Made by a program: the position numbers and the translations under genes. 39,951 nucleotides of DNA from Elusimicrobiota bacterium (GTDB lineage: Bacteria; Elusimicrobiota; Elusimicrobia; F11), in contig JBJXGI010000009.1 in the NCBI GenBank assembly GCA_046153645.1, positions 1 to 39,951 of the forward strand. The letters are read 5' to 3'. Position 1 is the first letter of the stretch. The number at the start of each line of letters is the position of its first letter. This document shows positions 37,501-39,951 of this stretch, piece after piece. The notes under the pieces are model-generated. The model was not told the origin of the DNA and searched no databases. It worked only from the letters and a program-made list of their open reading frames with translations.

Positions 37501-39951
37501 CTTAGGCAGAAGAAAGACTTTTCGGTTACCGACGACATTGCGTCTTTGGTGAATGATCGATTGGACCAGTTATCAAGCAGCCCGTTTTCCGAAGTCGATT
37601 TGATTGTCCCGGCCCCCGCTATCAACGCATTGACAAACCAAACGATCCCGCTTGCTCAGTTCGTTGCGCAGAAACTTCAGCGTCCATTGAGCTTGACCGC
37701 CATTCGCCAGATAAGGAAACGAAAAAGCCAAAAGAAACTCTCGACAATGCAAAGGCGAGCGTTCAACGCCGGTGGCGTGTTTGACGGAACCGCTGACGAA
37801 CTCGAAGGCAAAACAATATTGATTGTTGATGACAACGAAACATCCGGATTCACCGGCGCGGCGATGATGGTCGCCGCGTATGAAGCCGGGGCAAAAAAAG
37901 TACTGCTTCTTTCCTACGGCAGATCGTTTAAAAAGAATCAGCCGGAAACGCTTCCGCCTTCACCCTCCAAACCAGAAAAGAACTTCACGTTTTCTCTTGA
38001 GAATCTTGTTGCTTTGATTTTGGGATCGGATGTCTCCAGTCGAGCAAAGGTGGCCGCCATAAACTCTCTTCCCGTTGAACATTTGTATTCATCGATTCTG
38101 ACGGCTTTTTGGGAGATTTTAAGCGATGAGGAAAAGAGTCCGGGCCTTCAAAGTGTTATCCGTATTCATTTGGGGCGAGCGTTGGGTTTTGGTTCGTCAA
38201 GGGGAATGAGCGCAGCCACAATAAGAAATGTCCCTCTGTTTATGGACTTCATGCGATCAAAGGGGATTATAGATGCGTCCTCTGCTCTCTTAGAACAGAC
38301 ACGAATGCTAAAAGCCTACAAGTTCGCCGAGAAACGCATGAAAAGAATTAGAGAGAGTGTCAATAATCCGCAGGAACCTGGCCCATCGGATTCAGCCCAA
38401 GCCATCTCCACAAAATCCCTTTGGCATTTTTTCTTCGACGACGCGAAATACGGGCAGACATTGTTCACGGTTGCGTGGGAAGCATTTCGTTTGTCGGTTC
38501 TGTGGATCATTCTATTTTCACCCGACCTAACGATCTCTTCTCAACTCTGGAACGCGCTGTTCATGCTCCAACTGTTCAACTACGCGGTGTTCTTGTCGCC
38601 GCTCGAACATTACATCACCACGCGCGGGCAATTCGGTGTATTGATCCTTCTTACCCTCGGTTACCCTTCTTCGATTCTCCTGGTCGCTCTTGTCAACCCT
38701 TGGTTTTTAGTTGCGATTATTTCTCTTCTACTTATTCACTATCGTCATGATATTGAGCGGATAAATCCGCTTTTATCAAAAGCTTCATTAAATACCGTTT
38801 TCGATTTTAATCAGGACCAAAAGCGGGTGGTCTTTTTACTGGCAATTTTCCTCACTTATGTTATGACGCCGTCGCTTCTAATATGGGGTCCTAAGGCTCG
38901 TGTCAACGGCGTCCAGAGTTTTCACAATGCTAATTTAAAAGACTGGCAAGAAATTCCGGAACCGCCACGACGTCGAGGAAGAATAAATATAGATGGCGCA
39001 GATTCGTCTCATTCCTTTTCTGGCAGTCTCAATGATTTGCCTCCGCCATCGATAATTGGGCACGAAATATACGCAATGGATATACACGCGATAAAAGAAA
39101 TAAAACAATATGAATATGGGCCGCCAACTGCAGTGATTAGAGAGGTTATGATGCCACTCATTCCAGTTGAGGACATTTATATATATCCGTTTCCGAAACC
39201 GAGAAAGGAGGAGGAAGGAGAAAAAACGGTTGTTGAACGAGAAGAAATTCCCGCGCCTTTACCGCCGACCATTGAGCTTGGTCAGGGATTTGTTCAAACT
39301 CCCGCTCGAAGTTTTATTGAAGGTGCCGAAATAACCCACGATTTATTCCTTGAAGACAATCCTTTTTTATCCATTGCGGTTGTTACGTCATCGGAAGGGT
39401 TGCCCTTAAGGCTTTTCATAAAGAAGATTGAAGGTCATGAAGATTTGATCATTAGTAAAGCTGTTAGCTTTGGGGCAGCGACATCGGTTAAATTAACCTA
39501 CATACATCATCCAGCCGATCCCGAATACCGTGTGCTAGTTGTCGTGGCCAGATTGCTGTCGGGCAACACGATGAAGTATACAGTTACATTAAACCATGAG
39601 GAAAAAACTCTTATGCTTCATAGGCAAGGCGGTGATTTTAATGGCCGTCCTTCAAGTTCTTTTGAGAGGAGAATGTCACGAACGTCACAGTCCGTAACTC
39701 CCTCGTTACATAAGAATAATTCGGATCTTAATGATTCTGCTCAAGCCACTTTAACAAGATTTGTCTCTGCGTTTGCGGCTTTCTTCATCGCACATGGTTT
39801 GCCGACCGTTCATGGCAGTGCGCGGCCAATCACCCCCGATGTATCTCAAAGCGGATACCTACTTAACGAGCTATTGGGTCCTGTTCAAAACATCGGTGTC
39901 GGATCTCTTAAACAAAATCTTAACGCATTCAAGAGTGAAATAAAAGAATCG
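31546..39951 (+). CDS. giant modular protein 4 (at least 2802 aa, runs off the window): conserved N-domain, GNAT-like, TM modules, CarD-RID-like, ComF-like phosphoribosyltransferase
   Basis: Read codon by codon in frame 1 with no stop from ATG 31546 to the end; IATNCAFAHKPE..MWDERR, HVQDVH, ALEGA, GIDD, RDRAMS, GGFH; PRTase DLIVPAP...SQKKLS...ILIVDDNETSGFT...GAKKV (~37590-37925). Confidence 0.92.
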   Translation, partial: MKKRPLVRFLSATLTTIYIATNCAFAHKPEATMWDERRGAVKNSGPTQLAQIPVNLASRNISSVLHQLPSVEPSLPHQLEKSISKQAASQLVPVFKSLSGAHGSIQKILTPKNSRPGRIVIHVQDVHRNAEAQQNISKAIQSLIDNNVADMIALEGAFAPIDISPFRAYPLEATKKVANYLLRENRISGPIYAAFTSPKPIPRIVGIDDTVHYNANVEAYRQSISSLAEYKRQLNDLRTKLDDEKRKEFSRLLYDFDRQAQSYVDGNLPLGQYVERLSQQTSTPPLNVEIFLEAYRLESRLNFASVEAERGRLLSALLEKLSTSESQKLVAASMAYRLGNISHTDFYTRLKNLCAQNGIALSHFPAMNSYLQYVLLTDRIDAETLFRDIKTMESSAYSLLAKTEAEKRIVTESTQLSLTRKLLDFSLTKDEWSAYKEIKKGDLAFDLSTFESFYIEAEQRDRAMSENLLKAVTQSNAKVAVLVTGGFHSDGIDRQLMESGYMVVSFTPKMTKVDSENGSAYLSIFAQEKTPLDRLFEGEKLFLSEAPIPKGTQTIEALQKLAVEADGRAGLFETNYTRGTFGVLFGEDGEVAEVEFKQHIGAWLAENGLVEKIGDGFQQIGANCAEIAKAIAARYGFDIEALTETIKQAGSIENVKRVLSKATPFAPFNLVIRANPADPSRVHVTVSIYGIELNFGAGNAEGFVELHRVDLRSKSASLSIHKNSPAWTIGADVPSKGKRPGGGKDEIANLLERLNTAKTRDEREWVADLLLGEYESEGIQSEKKGRILDALVARASRFPADLLRRILDLAREQLLDELTKSLADVEEDPTKSWLEYLCDSNGILKLWGKRKDIELSLRSIVTHTTDYNRDQVFRAIFSDRLPELRKNGIDVVVYLQFCARILAQEKRLGYQIIEGVSDGLMEKTVDIGLPLDEQDRIFSFVSKFNSFEPILFNLYKRDETILLAPLFEFAQRILIDDVSPERADQLVSFYNEKGMDGNAILAAAIQMVIPSSGASFVGKSEIAGLLQEFRESKGTSDPRDDVPLLLRDIDFGGKAKDALTLKVWSLKAGETYDPDDAISNMLQSLRHKDFGSQNKARVIAADKGKLTKALLNYFSNPNSDSSGKALRAFFSFASHNDLLGEKIDRINPREFQGLQLLEQLFVDKDALASILKDVLEKMDQNVFPKVSMQTNRPIANPGSLARQLQGVWGSGQPDKKDRVGKILNEISAKDIEDKVLPLITNKLLTASIKKIVKEGRPARPMQPLEIIEQLFKEPLAFIQREKTKFQVDDLSSKMTLSFRVVKGVPFSLWGINCGVCIATDVDLWKDPHFFLLAMIDPNSKTVVGFAHLYEQVIEGKKVLTVPGIEPGVEFLSEVNPKDVYPLIEKALVEIAQTGGYDALYFPVSENILSNRPDIAKIIQKRFHNKKITLSEEIDWNHEPQPYPFSTVYEVWEKNDVTPRDPAQAISTKVFWRALFGNAKYGETFFTVAWEGFRLSLLWIILFSLDLTISSQFWNALFVLQLFNYAVFLSPLEHKIVSRQQAGVLALFTVGYFISSLFPVFSPLFFVAILAILIIHYAHDSGMLRKFLRTRWERRSDVLKPSWKEHWKVLNPVWIVDSHEPKTISDWVQLGMGYVLLLSFIHLFNTGLVYLLASTTSLDFSKIEHLADALSFAVGVFPAHMTVNVIAVLLGWKALSEPKNKEDSKKRFIEGIEIGDQFVYPPMGLVTVVSLDTDGKSVFFKEGAITSQVALKAEGRRSKVEVNAANFFLYKKSGKKKIYSEGLEAIRQRAIKRVPELYIAIYFGLMGIDNRLRSGNPNIDKNSYQEAFCDTWEEVFDETTRINQALVTIATKLDRQQLDEKLITFLRKYFLKIYFETGEDLVLTGAMNSYGESFKSGQSEKFKYFVNYRRNFNLFGDRGFVPKDVHDYFMDWVIRTGLRGINKAGGKETITDEEYRKIHDQYFYFLAPYFSKKDPRHQTDDFSKLILRQKKDFSVTDDIASLVNDRLDQLSSSPFSEVDLIVPAPAINALTNQTIPLAQFVAQKLQRPLSLTAIRQIRKRKSQKKLSTMQRRAFNAGGVFDGTADELEGKTILIVDDNETSGFTGAAMMVAAYEAGAKKVLLLSYGRSFKKNQPETLPPSPSKPEKNFTFSLENLVALILGSDVSSRAKVAAINSLPVEHLYSSILTAFWEILSDEEKSPGLQSVIRIHLGRALGFGSSRGMSAATIRNVPLFMDFMRSKGIIDASSALLEQTRMLKAYKFAEKRMKRIRESVNNPQEPGPSDSAQAISTKSLWHFFFDDAKYGQTLFTVAWEAFRLSVLWIILFSPDLTISSQLWNALFMLQLFNYAVFLSPLEHYITTRGQFGVLILLTLGYPSSILLVALVNPWFLVAIISLLLIHYRHDIERINPLLSKASLNTVFDFNQDQKRVVFLLAIFLTYVMTPSLLIWGPKARVNGVQSFHNANLKDWQEIPEPPRRRGRINIDGADSSHSFSGSLNDLPPPSIIGHEIYAMDIHAIKEIKQYEYGPPTAVIREVMMPLIPVEDIYIYPFPKPRKEEEGEKTVVEREEIPAPLPPTIELGQGFVQTPARSFIEGAEITHDLFLEDNPFLSIAVVTSSEGLPLRLFIKKIEGHEDLIISKAVSFGAATSVKLTYIHHPADPEYRVLVVVARLLSGNTMKYTVTLNHEEKTLMLHRQGGDFNGRPSSSFERRMSRTSQSVTPSLHKNNSDLNDSAQATLTRFVSAFAAFFIAHGLPTVHGSARPITPDVSQSGYLLNELLGPVQNIGVGSLKQNLNAFKSEIKES
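35923..36282 (+). repeat. internal TM-module repeat of giant gene 4, copy 1
   Basis: DPAQAISTK...FTVAWEGFRL...VFLSPLEH...HYAHD; the core is nearly identical in DNA to 38389-38751. Confidence 0.92.
38389..38751 (+). repeat. internal TM-module repeat of giant gene 4, copy 2
   Basis: DSAQAISTK...FTVAWEAFRL...VFLSPLEH...HYRHD. Confidence 0.92.

Larger units (their letters stand above)
28553..39951. mobile_element. probable genomic island beginning at the broken tRNA-Pro (right end and integrase not in window)
   Basis: Truncated tRNA; visibly GC-richer codons downstream; tandem AAGTTACG repeats (28647-28654, 28658-28665); defence-type cargo. Confidence 0.55.

Noticed and set aside
32000..39943. 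Numerous 60-170-aa ORFs listed on both strands
   Set aside because: All overlap the uninterrupted frame-1 giant ORF starting at 31546. The two similar ones (35955, 38421) simply mirror its internal repeat.
1..39951. CRISPR array, rRNA, intact integrase or prophage genes
   Set aside because: No regularly spaced repeats, no rRNA-like sequence and no recombinase or phage structural motifs were seen.

Overview
Bacterial window with every credible gene on the + strand. The lineage is inferred from the giant-protein family to be Elusimicrobiota/Omnitrophota-like; this is not proven. (1) 1-6383 is housekeeping: PilZ protein, small exported protein, miaA, hflX, pgsA-like, plsY, gpsA, HU/IHF, MerR. 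(2) 6483-28466 is a tandem array of three paralogous giant genes of about 2000-2600 aa; the third is split by a +1 frameshift at an A9 run. A decayed IS1182/IS5-type transposase, a palindromic MITE-like element and a 290-bp direct repeat lie inside the array. (3) A 5' half of tRNA-Pro(GGG) at 28514-28552 marks the left edge of a GC-richer island. The island holds a 59-aa ORF, a RloC/PrrC-like ABC-ATPase-HEPN gene, and a fourth giant paralog (31546 to beyond the window end, at least 2802 aa) that the supplied ORF track misses. The giant proteins share a layout: signal peptide, W-x-[E/D]-RR motif, a conserved ~500-aa QDVH/EG/GID/GGFH domain resembling the EreA/ChaN/Tiki fold, then unrelated cargo domains (HATPase, Nudix, cNMP, metallophosphatase, kinase, GNAT-like, CarD-like, ComF-PRTase). 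The cargoes are separated by recurring membrane modules with E...FxxxH...HxxxN residues like those of CPBP/Rce1 intramembrane proteases, and the complete proteins end in an Ala-terminated helix. The leading hypothesis is an undescribed modular, possibly self-processing polyprotein or effector-delivery system diversified by cassette shuffling. All domain calls are by eye from motifs; no database search was run.
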